Source: Eledone cirrhosa
Lineage: Eukaryota
Assembly: GCA_964016885.1 (NCBI GenBank)
Contig: OZ024750.1
Span: forward strand, 49,166,001-49,230,000
Length of the DNA: 64,000 nucleotides
Reading direction: 5' to 3'
The notes below the pieces were generated by a model that had not been told where the DNA came from, searched no databases, and saw only the letters and a list, made by a program, of their open reading frames with translations. Below, one piece after another: positions 27,462-41,745 of this stretch. The translations under genes were made by a program, and so were the position numbers. How positions within the stretch are numbered: the stretch's first letter is position 1; every line of letters begins with the position of its first letter.

Positions 27462-27828
27462 AACAAACAACAGGCTCTTTCTAATTCATCCTCTAACCTC
27501 CGAGCTGCTTCAGTCTCTCTTCCTCTCACATATACTTACAATTGATAAACACCTATTGATACAAGTTTACTGTACAGTTACTACGACGCATAATGAGTTG
27601 CAAAAGAAAGCCACATTTCTTTTTCAAAATATTTCAATATGTCAAAATTAATACATTTGGTTATAAACTAATATTAACATATTCCTCCTTAATCATTAAA
27701 CAAATGTTTAACTTCACACCTAAATATCATATAAAGCAAATATACGAGACTATTGATATTTTCCTCACTGACTCAGTCCCTCCCCCTCTCTCTCCCTCTC
27801 TGTATATATGTGTATATATATATATATT

Positions 27829-28434
27829 TACAATATGTTGAAAAGGTAACACACCAGAGAGAGATATATAGTGCGTAATCAATAATACGGTGAAAAAACC
27901 CACCAGTGTATGGAATCGATAACCTATGAAAGGCAGACTATAGATACGATAATTAAAAATATAAATTAAAGCGTAAATAAATACCTCTATAACTATATAA
28001 CACACGTACAAATCCAAAGATATGTTTCACCAAACATTTGTTGAAAGAAATGGTCTAGTCGCGGTTCATCAGCGCGTGTTGTCTGAAATGTATGGCCTTA
28101 CACACGCTGATGAACCGAGACTAGACCATTTCTTTCAACAAATTTTTGGTAAAACATATCTTTGGATTTTTTACATGTGTTATATAGTTATAGAGGTATT
28201 TATTTACGCTTTAATTTATATTTTTAATTATCGTGTCTATAGTCTGCCTTTCATAGGTTATAGATTCCATACACTGGTGGGTTTTTCCCTGTATTGCTGA
28301 TAACGCACTGTATATCTCTCTGGTGTGTTACCTTTTCAACATATTGTATTTTAAAGAGCTGAGGATCTCTTCTCCTTTGAGCACATTATTTACGGGGAAT
28401 AGCGAGGGCCTATGCCTCCGTTAATTTATCCTGA
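27829..28434 (+). mobile_element. Fold-back mini-element in (TA)n with ~250-bp arms
   Basis: 27829-28079 is the inverse of 28100-28348; ~20-nt loop; ~86-nt tail; HHR-like motif next to the loop. Confidence 0.8.
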
Positions 28435-28452
28435 TATATATATATCTATATA

Positions 28453-28656
28453 TATCAATGATATTAATATATGGAAACTCTATTTATAAAACCATATTTA
28501 TGCTATTATATATATATTATAAATATATATAATAGGATAAATATAATTTTATAAATATAGATTCCATTTATTAATATCAAGAGAATTATCGAGTGCTTGG
28601 AATCTGTTATAAATATATTTTTTGAATTACCAATAACTTACATATCCCTTTGCTTA
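28453..28656 (+). mobile_element. Short fold-back mini-element (same family as 62775-63383)
   Basis: Starts ATCAATGATATTAA and ends ATATCCCTTTGCTT as in the 62.8-63.4 kb copy; imperfect inner hairpin. Confidence 0.65.
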
Positions 28657-28662
28657 TATATG

Positions 28663-28744
<82 letters not shown>

Positions 28745-28840
28745 TTAAGTTATTCCGGGTTGAATCGGTGATAACCACAGTAAATAAGGTACTCAATACA
28801 TAGCAGAGTATACATGTTTTAATATAGAAGAGATTCTACC

Positions 28841-28880
28841 GGACTGGAACTGTTTCATTCGTGAGAAATCATCAGCTTCC
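28841..28880 (-). ncRNA. HHR-like motif in a PLE-type terminal fragment (28741-28888)
   Basis: CUGAUGA-UUUC-UCAC-GAAU-GAAA-CAGUUC; stems I and III are weak. Confidence 0.5.
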
Positions 28881-28885
28881 TGTCT

Positions 28886-29037
<152 letters not shown>

Positions 29038-29299
29038 TATATAAAAGAATAGAGGTGTAACACACGAGTTGTGATATATTAGTAAAAGGAAAAGAAATTG
29101 GTGACAAATTGTTCCCAGTGAAAAATAGTTTAATTAGGAATAAGTAAAAATTAGTAATAAGTATTGGTTAGTATTCAGTTTTAGATTTAAGTTTGTACCC
29201 TTTGCGCATTTCTAATGCTTTTCAAAAATAATTTTGAGATAGAGCGCCCGTGATGTTTGCTCTAATCCGATAAGAGCAAACATCACTAGTGCTCTATCA

Positions 29300-31205
29300 C
29301 AAAATTATTTATACCCCCCAAAACAATTATCAGGTAAGAAAAATGGCCGCACATGCAATATGGGTTAGTATCAAAACTACACTAAAGGGCCACATATTCA
29401 AGTTCAACGAGAATATCTACACCCAAAATGAGGGAGCAGCCATTGGCGTCAGCATAGCGGGTGATGTTGCCTATCTTTTTATGGTATGGTGGGAAAAGAG
29501 ACTTAAATATCTCCTTAATGAGAGCTCCATAGACCTCATCATGTACTCTCGTTACGTAGACGATATCAATATAGATATAAGAACATCCCCACAAGAGAGC
29601 ACTAACAAGTTTGATTTAGTACGTAGCACAATGGAAAGCATACAGCAGATAGCTAATTCCATACACCAGAGTATAACTGTAACTATTGACAACCCTTCCA
29701 AACACCCTAACAATAGACTACCTGTATTAGACACTGACATCTGGATTAACACTATAGACGAGAGAGCCCAAATTCTCCACTCACACTATGCTAAACTCAT
29801 GGCCTCCAAATACCTGATACCCAAAACTCAGCAATGTCCAGTAGGGCTAAGTTTAATATTCTGATCGCAGACTTGGTACGAGTGATGAAGAACGTGTCCC
29901 GCATGTGCGACCCAACAGAAATGGAAAGACACATCCAACACTTCATCAACCGCATGCAGTTCTCTGGCTACAACCAAAGAAACAGAATCAGAGTATACGA
30001 AGGCGCCACGGAGAAGTATAAGACCCTCATAGACCTGGGCATGAAAGGAATTTGCCCATTATACAGGAGCAAATCATGGAATAGCTTAGATAGGGCTAGA
30101 CATTAGATAGGGAATGTCACCTCATGGTACGACAACCAGAGATACAAGAGTGTCATGTTTCTGGAAGCTACCCCTGGAAGGAAATTTGCTAACCAGTGTA
30201 GAAAGGCCCTGAGAAAGACCCACTTAAAGATTATGGTGGTAGAAAAGCCAGGAACCACCATAAAATCCCTGATCAGCAAAACATAACCTTTTAAGAAAAC
30301 CCTCTCTACTAATAGGAAATGCATCATATGTAAGGTAAACACCCGGATAAACTGTAAAACTAGAAACGTAGTCTATAGCATAAGTTGTACAGACGGTACT
30401 TGCAGAAACATGACAACAACATACATAGGCGAGACAGCTCGTAGCATAGATGAAATGATAGACCAAAACTGGGGGGAACTAAACGGACGAAAAAACGGTT
30501 CAGTACTATACGAAAATGCCAGACAACAACACGACGGTTACATAGACAACATAGAAATTAGAATAATATCTAAACATAGAAATGACCCCGCAGATAGGCA
30601 AATCAGAGCGGCCAGTGAAATAGAACTCAGAAGGCCAAGGCTAAACAGAAAAAATGAATCGAATAACAACAACACCCAAACAACAACACTGACCTTAGAG
30701 AAGTATAAATAAATAAATAGATAAATAAATAAATAAATACACAAGCACAATAACAACAAACACATATAAACACACACTAGTAAAGATAGAGTACATTAAC
30801 CAATACGCAGTCACCCAATCACGAACATACATTAAACAAATCACGATACACACACGCAAACGCATGCGCAAAGAAGAAAAAAAAACAAATAAGTAAATAT
30901 ATAAACAGACTAAATAAAGATGGCGTAGAAAATACAATGCAACGGGAGGAAACAATAGCACCACTGACGATGTTGCAGATGTAAGACAAAAGAACTTTGA
31001 TGAATTATATATATGTGTTTGTGTCGATATCGTATCTGTATTTTTGACCGTTGGTCAGTCAATGGCAACATTGAGGACCGAATAAATTAAATTAACCGAT
31101 TTAAAAGACACAGAAGCGAAAAGCGAAAACCAACCAAACAGTGAGTGTGTTCTGTTATTAATTCTGGCAATATTACACAAATATGATCCTCCCCAAGTAT
31201 ACAAT
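29300..31205 (+). mobile_element. Second, more degraded copy of the 19.3-21.7 kb PLE
   Basis: YSRYVDD, LPVLD and TTYIGETARS in frameshifted ORFs; 3' UTR matches copy 1 and ends at (TA)n. Confidence 0.93.
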
Positions 31206-31239
31206 ATATATATTTATATATATATATATATATATATAT

Positions 31240-31462
31240 AGGAACCAGTAAGACCCCGACAGCTGAGTTCAAGCCGTTTCGACGGCTAATTCTGGACTAA
31301 AAAAAAAAAAAAAAAAAAATTTTTAGTCCAGAATTAGCCGTCGAAACGGCTTGAGCTCAGCTGTCGGGGGTCTTACTGGTTCCTATTACCCACTCTACTA
31401 CCTCAAGTATTGAGTACTTTGGTGCGTTATGGTCCACCTGGTTCCTTACCACATTTCCTTCG

Positions 31463-31464
<2 letters not shown>
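31240..31464 (+). mobile_element. Minimal fold-back of family C with poly(A) loop
   Basis: 31240-31302 is the inverse of 31320-31384; 80-nt tail; (TA)n on both sides; carries only the 3' half of the HHR. Confidence 0.8.
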
Positions 31465-31514
<50 letters not shown>

Positions 31515-32206
31515 TTATATATATCGTGTGTGTGTACGTTTGATTGTGTGCAAGTGTATTTTAGATTTAAAAACTGCAATGTAATTAGCAATGCATGCGT
31601 CACGCTAATACTCCTTTGTATTCGTTCTATGTAATTGTAGGCTCTTTTATTATCGGGTTATTTGCTGTAGTTAAAAATAAGGTGAAGTTATTAATCCTGT
31701 TTAATTTAAAAATCCCACCACCTGATTCTAATCACGTAATGATAACATATATATATATATATCGCTACTTAGACTGAAGTTTCTAAATTTAACGGATAAA
31801 TATGGATAAAGTGGAAAACAACTGGGTGAAAAAGATATCAAGCCCAAGCATGCAAACACCATTGAATTCAAATCGAAGTTGAAAATGGAGTAGAGGATAT
31901 TCAACACAGCAGTTTCCGTTTCAGTCTTTAAATGTTTCGGGTAAAAAGCGGACCCGTGTGGTAACCGGGTAGGAGGTGACACTCCTGGTTGAATCACGAT
32001 ATTAAAGGTGGCATGGAAAGGACTCTTACAGAACATAGCTTGGAAATAAGTATTATTTACTGCACTCATAGCAGAATCATCTTTAACCGAATAAAAAATG
32101 TTATCTTGTCATTGGTGCTATTAATCTCATTTTATTCCTCTCTCACTGTCTTCCTTTCATTGGTTTAAAAATGTACACACACGTATGCATACGTAATAGT
32201 ACATGC

Positions 32207-32282
<76 letters not shown>

Positions 32283-32290
<8 letters not shown>

Positions 32291-32860
32291 TAAAATAACA
32301 GATTAAAGTTTAAGCAAAGATATCGCTGCTTTCACCCTTAACGGGATCTTCTGAAACTTACAAATTCAATCTGTAAACGCAGAAGTGAATATTTCAAAAA
32401 AGGTTGCAACGGGAGGAAGACATGAAGACGATACTTTGGTTCGTGGAAACGTTCGCTGGCAAAGAACGGACAAAAACGAATATAATACGTCATTAATAGG
32501 AGCGGTGAAAAACAATTATGTGCAAAGACAGAACCACGTTTATGGTATTAAAGAGGTCGTAGACTAATGTTCTCTTAGGTGGTTCATAGAGACGTTCTCT
32601 GGCAATGAACGAAAAAAACGAAGATAATACGTCATATGTGGAGCGTGGAGAACAATAGCACGCAAAGACAAAACCACGTAAAAGGTATAGCAGAAGTCGT
32701 AGACTAAAATTCTAACTATTGTTCTCCACAACCCACATATGACGTATTATCTTCGTTTTTTTCGTTCATTACCAGAGAATAAATATTTGCTCTAGGGTTC
32801 TTATATATTTGATATATATTTATCCTTATCGAGCCCTCTTTGGATTTTACTTTTCAAACT
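32283..32860. mobile_element. Family A element with rearranged interior
   Basis: Left arm and right tail match 83-349; internal ~143-bp tandem duplication and a short inversion (32715-32778). Confidence 0.7.
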
Positions 32861-32872
32861 TATTATTATTAC

Positions 32873-32923
<51 letters not shown>

Positions 32924-33327
32924 AGTTGCATTTATCTTGCTTTATGTTCATACGAGTTATCACCAAGTCACAACTAGTGACCTCAAGAGACAACAAGGTC
33001 CGCCATGTTCAAGAAAGAACATACATACTCACACATGCATCTTTAGTGTTTAGACTTGTGATGTACTTATATTGACAGAATCTTCATTAGTATATGGGCA
33101 GTTCCCATTAGTACTATCTTTTGTTTATTATTATTATTATTATTATTACTATATATATGGATGAGAAGAGGGGCTGTGTGGTTACTGATAACGGGTGTTA
33201 GAAGGTAAGGAGACGCAAACAAGAGTTGGACAATCTCCCTTCGTCAGTAGTTAACTACGGATCACGGATGTTTCCGCGCATTATTAACTATACATCTACC
33301 CGTATGTATGCATAATGTATGTATGTA

Positions 33328-33865
33328 GGGTCACTCCTGAGTGCTACTAGAAACATGTAACCCAGTACAACCTATCGCATGGTCTGGTCGTCGGCGACTA
33401 AACCGGCAACCCCACCAAGTTTACTTGGTGAGGACGGTGATTTTGAACACCCTGCAGGACAATAAACAAAACCTGACAAAAGGGCGGAAGAACTCATAAG
33501 TGTCAACGGCCATCCAAAAGTGTGTAAATATGTATATAGACATGTACCACATGGTTAAATCACTGGGAGTGAATGTCCCCTAGCCTTTGTCAGGGCATTC
33601 TTCTAGGAGAAGGCAACTGAGGAAACTGGGATAACTCCGATTTAAAACCTGCGACTTAGTAGTTAGCGATGATGTTGATCTTTTCCTCTTTTCGGGTTAT
33701 AGCTACTGTCGCTCAGAGAGTGGGACTGGATCAATGCGCAGTCTGTCTTCACTTTAAAATCATCTTCATGCACAGGCATTGCATGATAGAATTAATTAAT
33801 AATTATTAATAATGTTGTATCGTGCAATGGCAATACTCGATAACGAGGGGACAGCCATCATCATG
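33328..33865 (+). mobile_element. Interspersed repeat, probably LINE (RTE-like) 5' UTR-derived
   Basis: GGCGACTAAACCGGCAACCCCACCAAG...GGTGAGG...CAACGGCCATCCAA recurs at 38920-39110. The RTE assignment is inferred. Confidence 0.5.
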
Positions 33866-33957
33866 CATGTATGTGTGTATGTATGTATATACGTTTAATA
33901 ATGTATGTAAATATATATATATATATATATACATACATTATTAAACGTATATACATT

Positions 33958-34024
<67 letters not shown>

Positions 34025-34395
34025 ACTCACACTCACACAGGTATATATATATACATTATTAAACATCATTCTATGTCTGTTCATACACAACAGTACTGCG
34101 ATGCAACTATAAAGAAATATATATGATGTACAAACGTGATTATGCACGAGTAACGTTAAACACTTGTAAGCGATCTGTTCTTATATTTTAATAATTATTT
34201 ATTTTGTTTCAGTATTTCTAGATTCACTTATGAAGCTGTCATTGTATAAAAACCTCAAACATAATTAATTAATTAATTTACAGACTTTTCTAAACGATTA
34301 ATCACTTCAGAAAAGTTTCATTAGCATAAGAATGTTGATTGATTGTCTCATTACAATTGCAAATAGTGTTATTAAGATATGACACCAGCTCGCCT

Positions 34396-35880
34396 GTCAG
34401 TTCCCTTACTTCTATAAAATAGTTTATATAGGTGACTGTATGATGGTTTAAATTCTGTCCAGTTCCGTTACGTGTATAAAATAGTTTATATAGGCGACTC
34501 TAGGATGGTTTAAATTCTGTCGAGTTCCCTTATTTCTGTAAAATAATTTATATAGCTTACTGTATGTTGGTTTAAATGCTGTCAAGTTCCATTACTTCTA
34601 TAAAATAGTTTATATAGGTGACTGTATGATGGTTTATATTCTGTCGTGTTCCCGTTACGTCTGTAGAATAGTTTATATAGGTGACGGTAGGATGGTTTAA
34701 ATTATGTCCAGTTCCCTTACTTCTATAAAATAGTTTATATAGGTGACTGTATGATGGTTTATATTCGTGTTCCGTTACGTCTATAGAATAGTTTATATAG
34801 GTGACAGTAGGATGGTTTAAATTTTCTCCAGTTCTTTACTTCTATAGAATAGTTTATATAGGGGATTAAAGGATGGTTTAAATTCTGCCGAGTTGACTTA
34901 CTTCCATTGAATAGTTTATATAGGCGACTATATGATGGTTTAAATTATGTTCAGTTCCCTTATGTATATAAAATAGTTAATATAGGTGACTGTATGATGG
35001 TTTATATTCTCTCGAGTTCCCTTACGTTTATGAAATAGTTAATATACGTGACTGTATGATGGTTTATATTCTCTCGAGTTCCCTTACATTTATGAAATAG
35101 TTTATATACGTGACTGTATGATGGTTTATATTCTCTCGAGTTCCCTTACATTTATGAAATAGTTTATATACGTGACTGTATGATGGTTTATATTCTCTCG
35201 AGTTCCCTTACGTTTATGAAATAGTTTATATAGGTGACTGTATGATGGTTTATATTCTCTCGAGTTCCCTTACGTTTATGAAATAGTTTATATAGGTGAC
35301 TGTATGATGGTTTATATTCTCTCGAGTTTCCTTACATTTATGAAATAGTTTATATACGTGACTGTATGATGGTTTATATTCTCTCGAGTTCCCTTACATT
35401 TATGAAATAGTTTATATACGTGACTGTATGATGGTTTATATTCTCTCGAGTTCCCTAACGTTTATGAAATAGTTTATATACGTGACTGTATGATGGTTTA
35501 TATTCTCTCGAGTTCCCTTACATTTAGGGAATAGTTAATATACGTGACTGTATGATGGTTTATATTCTCTCGAGTTCCCTTACATTTAGGGAATAGTTAA
35601 TATACGTGACTGTATGATGGTTTATATTCTCTCGAGTTCCCTTACATTTATGAAATAGTTAATATACGTGACTGTATGATGGTTTATATTCTCTCGAGTT
35701 CCCTTACATTTAGGAAATAGTTTATATACGTGACTGTATGATGGTTTAAATCATGTCGTGTTCCGTTACGTCTATAGAATAGTTTTTATAGGTGACTGTA
35801 TGATGGTTTAAATCCTGTCGAGTTCCCTTACCTCGATAGGATAGTTTATATAGGCGACTGTAGGATGGTTTGAGTTCTTT
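34396..35880. repeat. 62-bp minisatellite (~24 units)
   Basis: Unit CTCTCGAGTTCCCTTACATTTATGAAATAGTTTATATACGTGACTGTATGATGGTTTATATT; homogeneous at ~35000-35750 and diverged at the edges. Confidence 0.97.
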
Positions 35881-35988
35881 ATAGATATGACTGTGTAGCG
35901 TATGTATAATAGTTCGTAGTACGTAATTTCCGTAACTGTAAATTAATCATATTTATCAACGTGTACTTCATTGAAGCTAACTATATAA

Positions 35989-36838
35989 TAATTGTTTTTA
36001 CTTTTGGCGCAAGGCCAGCAATTTGAAGAGGTTGGGGGGTCGATTTAATCGACCTCAGTGCATTACTGGTACTTTATTTTATCAACCCCGTTAGAATGAA
36101 GGACGAAGTTAACATCGGCAGGATTTGAACACATACCGTAAAGGCGTGTAACTCTATGCTACAAAGCATGGTGTCCGACCCTCTACCCTTACTGCCAATC
36201 GACCGCGTTGTATATATATATATAATAATTGTTTCTACTTTTGGCACAAGGCCAGCAAATACACAGTACATTACTGGTACTGTATTTTATCGACCTATAT
36301 ATATATACGAATTGTTTCTAATTTTGGCACAAGGCCAGCAATTATCGCAGTGTATTACTGGTCCTTTATTTTATCGATCCTGTAAGGATGAAAGGCAAAG
36401 TTAGCCTCGCCAGACAATAAAGGGCCGTAACTCTTTGCTGCAAAGCATGGCCCCGACCCTCTACCGATTCTGCCAATCCACCGACCTATGTATATCATTT
36501 TTTTTTAAATTGTTTCTATTTTAGGCACAAGGCCAGCAATTAATCCAGTGCATTACTGGTACTTTATTTTATCGACCACGTAAAGTCAAAGTCAGCCTCG
36601 GCGGGATTTGAACTCAGATCGAAATGAGACGTATATAATAATGATTTCTAGTATAAGTACAAGACCATCCATTTTTTTAGGAAAAAACCCATTGCATTAC
36701 TGGTACTTTATTTCATCGACCCCGTGAGGGTGAAAGGCAAAGTTAACCTCGGCGGGTTTTGAATTCAGAAAGACAAGGGCCGTAACTCAATGCGTCAAAG
36801 CATGGCGTCCGACCCTTTACCGATAACTGCCAATCCAT
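35989..36838 (-). mobile_element. Cluster of about six co-oriented or nested SINE copies and fragments (family 1)
   Basis: Repeated AATTGTTTCTACTTTTGGCACAAGGCCAGCAA starts at ~35990, 36227, 36310, 36508 and 36640, with heads at ~36200, 36480 and 36835. Confidence 0.88.
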
Positions 36839-37132
36839 TCAAATTAATAGTGAATGAATTTCACGACTTCATGCTAGCTGTGTATTAAGCAGAGAACAGC
36901 AACCAATCTCAGGCGTTTAATCTAGTGGAGTATATATAGATATATATTGCTGCTGCCCTTGCAGATGTTACTCTACATATTTTGAATGTGATCCCCACGC
37001 CCACATTATTGGTTATGCCAAGCAAATTCATCTATATGACTATATACATATACATGCACAGGCACAAACTGATATTAATATATATACGTAGAGGAGAACG
37101 ATCATCAGATAGAGATAGATAGATAGATAGAC

Positions 37133-37181
<49 letters not shown>

Positions 37182-37771
37182 CATTTCTTTATTAGCCACA
37201 AGGGGCTAAAAGAAGGGGTCAAATACAAATGGGGAGTTTACATACAGGTATATGAAAATAAAACTATTAATAAAATAACAAATAACAATTGAAATCCCCA
37301 ATAAGGGTGAGGCGTTACACAGGGTTGTACACACCCCGAATAAATGTACGAACCTCATCTCCAGGCGCACCAAAGAGTGAGTACCTACCTACCTCTCTTC
37401 CTCTTTTTCCTCAACCTACAGGCTTATATAGAGAGAAGGCCCAACCACTCGGGCCATCTTTGCCACATTCACCCAACTTTTATAAAAAATGTTGGGGTAC
37501 ATTCTGATTCTTCTCCCATCCTGATTCTTCTCCCAACATGATATTTGAAATAGGTAGATATATAGATTGTGTGCGTGAGGGGGATATAGATGGATGAATA
37601 AGCAAAAAAAATATAGATAGACAGGCAGGCATACGGATAGCAAAGAAACAAATATACAGATAGAGGGAGACAGAGAGAGAGAGAGAACGATAGGTAGTTG
37701 TAGGAAAGGTAAGTATGATCGGAGAGAGAGATAGAGAGAGACCAAAGGTACGGAGGTGTTGCCTTCGTTAG

Positions 37772-38126
37772 TACACCTGAATGTAAGAGACATTTCTTGT
37801 GTGAGAAAAAACTAAAAAAAAACCATCGATATTACAGCTAGGTGTAAGAGACATTTTTAATGAGAAAAAATGAAAAAAAACCATCGATATACACCTGAGT
37901 GTAAAAGACATTTCCTGTGTGAGAAAAAAAAACTCAGGAAAGCATCGATAGAACACCTAGGTAGAAGAGCGGTATACGGTGTGATAAAGAACTCGAGAAA
38001 TCATCGATAATACACCTACTAGAAGAGATACTTCCTGTGTGAGAAAGAACTCAAGAAATCTCCTTGATACACCTGAGTGCAAGAGACATATTCTGTCTAA
38101 GAAAGAACTCGGGAAACCACCGATAG
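37772..38126. repeat. Diverged ~60-bp minisatellite (~6 units)
   Basis: Recurring ACACCTGAGTGTAAGAGACATTTCCTGTGTGAGAAA...CCATCGATA. Confidence 0.85.
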
Positions 38127-38500
38127 TGATTTCATTTCTTCAATATATCACATGATGTATTTTAGCTAATTTTCTTTCACTTCCCTTCAACTAGAATGTT
38201 CTGAAAGGACATGGTGATTTCACTTACTAGACAATATTTACTATCAATCTAAACGTATGTGAATATTGTGTAACCAGCGATCATCTATTGTGTAACCCAC
38301 TACTTCATTTATATATAAGTTATACCAGTAATTCAAATAGTAATTCCAGCCACATTCTTTGTCAAGCTGAGTTTACATGAAAATCGCATTAAGAATACAC
38401 GTGTCTGTGGGATGTTGAACAAATTTCACGTTAATAATTTCCGTTGATCGAATAACTAGAACACTTGTCTGAATTAACGGAAGTACATCATGCACTCACA

Positions 38501-38542
<42 letters not shown>

Positions 38543-38869
38543 TACACACACATACACCCGCACATACACACATACACACACATACACACACACGCACATA
38601 CACATACACTTATCCACACGTACACACACAAATACACACCAATAGACACACACATACACAGGCACACACCCACATACGCACGCACATACACATACACACG
38701 CACACGCATACATACACACACATACACACACGCACAACCACACACACACACACATGTGTATATATATATATATATATGTGTGTGTGTTTATGTATGTATA
38801 AATGTATATATATATATATGTCTCTATGTATGCTTGTATGTATGCTTGTATGTATATACCAGTCAGGTC

Positions 38870-39362
38870 ACCAGTTGGTACTACTGGTAACATGTATCCC
38901 AGTATAATCTGTCACATGATCGGGTCGTTGGCGACTAAACTGGCAACCCCACCAAGGTTTCTTGGTGAGGAAGGTGACTTTGGACATCCTGCAGGACTAA
39001 AACCAAAACCTGTCAAGGGGCAAAGGAGCTCTTAAGAGACAATGGCCATCCAAAATCACCGGGAGAGATGACCCCTGAGCCTTTGTCAAAGCAGAATTCT
39101 AGGAGGAAGGAAACTCTGATATAACACCTGCAACCCTGATGGTATCCAATGATGGTACCCAATGTTTGTACCAGAGTTTGTACCTGATGGCATCCCGTGG
39201 TATCCCTGATGGTATCCAATGATGGTATCCAATGTTTGTACCAGAGTTTTCAAGTCGTTGGCTGGACTAAAAAGTCACACTCGTTCAGCGCATCGGTAGG
39301 GGTTCTCCTACATGGATATAAAGTAGTGGCCGTACTCGAAAACGAGTTGGCAGCCACCAGGC
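38870..39362. repeat. Composite interspersed repeat, partly duplicated at 41897-42305
   Basis: 39065-39152 and 39232-39358 match 41897-41989 and 42180-42304. Confidence 0.8.
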
Positions 39363-39789
39363 ATATACGTGTATACATTTGTATGTATATATGTGTGTGT
39401 ATGTATCTGCATGCAGGTATGTATGGTGTATGTATGAGTGTATGTATGTATGCATGTATATATGTATCTGCATGCATGTATGTAAGTGTGTATGTATGCA
39501 TGTATGAATGTGTGTGTGTGTATGTATGTATGCATGTATGTACGTATTTGTGTGTGTGTGTATGTATGTATGTATGTATGTGTGTGTGTGTGTATGTATA
39601 TTCTTCTGGTTTTATAATTTCACAAATCTTTTCCCAATAGAGAGAGAGTCGGTTTCTAACATAGATACAAGACTCTCTCATTGCCATTTACATAACATCA
39701 ACTGGGTAGATATGTATGCATGATATGTATGTTATTGCATGTGAGGATGTCTCTGTTTTGAGTTGTATGTGTGCATGTGTATATGCTTT

Positions 39790-40020
39790 GTATCTGTACA
39801 TATTTTGCATATTTTTACTGTTCCTGTAAAGCCTAGCTTCTCAAGATTTGTATTGGGGCAGTTACTAACATACCCCAGTGCCCCAATAATCACAGGCATA
39901 AATCTGAAGTTGTAATCAGGGTGAATTATCAGCATATTTCTCATCAGTTCTGCATAAATATACTCCTTTTCGCTAATCATTGATATTTCATGTTAATTTC
40001 CTGTTCTTGGATTGCAAAAG
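39790..40020 (-). pseudogene. Fragment of an RLE-type LINE C-terminus
   Basis: EKEYIYAELMRNM...PDYNFRFMPVIIGALGYV..NLEKLGF resembles 40179-40460. Confidence 0.75.
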
Positions 40021-40079
40021 CAAAACCGGTATGTATGTCTGTATGTATGCATGTATGTATGTGTATGTGCGTTACCTTT

Positions 40080-41745
40080 TTCGCTTAATTTTGAGTATAA
40101 TTATTTGAACGCCACCTTCCTGGTGGCAAGGTTGTAAAACAAAAGAAATTGTCATCCCTTGAATCGCAAGAATGTTTTTCAAATCTTGAAGGTGCCAGCT
40201 ATCGCAGCCATTTGTAGACTATAAATTAGGGAGCTGCGCTCTTTGTCCGCAAATCCAAGTTCAGTCATACTTTGGTCGAAGCGGGTTGGTATATAAACCG
40301 TAGCCCCAATAATGATGGGTATGAAGCTAAACGTGTGTCTTGGATACTGGATTTGTAAACTCCCCATCAATGGTCCGTAGATGTCCTCTTTCTCCTGTAT
40401 TTTTCTGACAACGTTTACATCAAGTGGGCAGCTGATCTCCACAACAGAATACGTGTTCAATGTGTGGTTCCAAACAACAATATCAGGCCGGTTGTGCTTT
40501 AATTTGGTGGCAGTTTTTATTTTTAAGTTCCACCAGTGTTCCTTAGTGCCATCTGTCTAAATATATTCTTCCTCGTTTTGTTGTTAATTTTGTTTTCCGA
40601 AGTGCGTTCCAAATGGTTCTAGCTATCCCATCAGGTCTCATGGGGAGGTAGTAGCGAGATGACATTCTTTCGCAGCTGGCGACAATGTGGCTTACATCCT
40701 CGATCTTTGTTTTACATAGCCTACATTTATTGTCAGCTGATGGCCCTCCCCTTTTGTGTAGCAGATATTTGGTAGGGAGTTCTTGTTCGTGTATTGCATA
40801 CAGATATAACTCAAGGTGTTATTTCATAAAATTGTCGGAACTCCATGCCAGCCTCTTTGAGTGGTTTACCCCCTCTATGGTATGTGATTTACGTCTCAAG
40901 TATCCATGCACAACTTTTTCTGTAAATTGGGCAATTATTTATCTTGTTTGAACATTGAATAGGATCTTCCAATTTCTCTTGGTGAGAGATTTATATTAGG
41001 CTTTATTCCATATCTCTCCTCCAGATCAGTGGATATTCTAATTTTTTTTTTTTCATGCTCACAAACCTGGGCAAGATGGTTACCAACCGTTTTCCTCTGT
41101 TGAAGATGTTGCTTCAGTGTTACTATCCGGGTATCATATGATGTTAATATAGATTTTAGACCCCGGCCACCTTCCTTGTGTGAGAAGTATAACCTATCCA
41201 CATCACCATTGATGTTAAAGTTCCCAGTAATACTGAGAAGAATGCGAGTTCTAACATCCATCTTAACTAGTTCTTGCAATGACCAGTTCAGCAGGCCAAA
41301 TGTTGGCGTTAGAATTGGCACAGCAGAAGTATTGTAGGCAATGCATTTGTTGTACGCTGACAGTTCTGATGACCATATTTTCTTTACTCTTCTGAGGTAT
41401 TCAGTTCTGGTTCTCTCCTTATTTATGGGTCCATCATATCTGACATTCTCATCCTGTCCAAGATATTTGTAGTTGTCACCTGAATGTAGAGGTTGTATTG
41501 TCAGGCCGTTCATCTCTAGATTTCTAGAGAAGGACGCAGCTCTTCCACGTTTTACTGCCAACTATGCACACTTGGACTCACAAAATTTCATTTTGATGCC
41601 TGATGAAAATTGTGTAATGAGGTCCAATTGTTTCTTGATTTTATTGATATTTGGCCCATATAACTTCAGGTCATCAACAAAGAAACGATGGGAGATACTT
41701 CTTGACCCACTTCTTTGTCCACCTTGTTTCCTGAGTAGGAAAGAT
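40080..41745 (-). pseudogene. 5'-truncated non-LTR retrotransposon with RT, CCHC knuckle and restriction-like endonuclease (R4/Dong-like)
   Basis: ISHRFFVDDLKLY, YKYLG, RLYFSHKEGGRGL, CRLCK..EDVSHIVASC, HNRPDIVVW, VEISCPLD..KEDIY, IPIIIGA; stops and frameshifts present. Confidence 0.88.

Noticed and set aside
31775-32069. Possible host exon (113-aa minus-strand ORF)
   Set aside because: No recognisable domain, weak splice signals and no partner exons. It cannot be supported without RNA data.
33375-33450. HDV-like ribozyme in an RTE-type 5' UTR
   Set aside because: Known from RTE elements, but I could not assign the nested double pseudoknot by eye.
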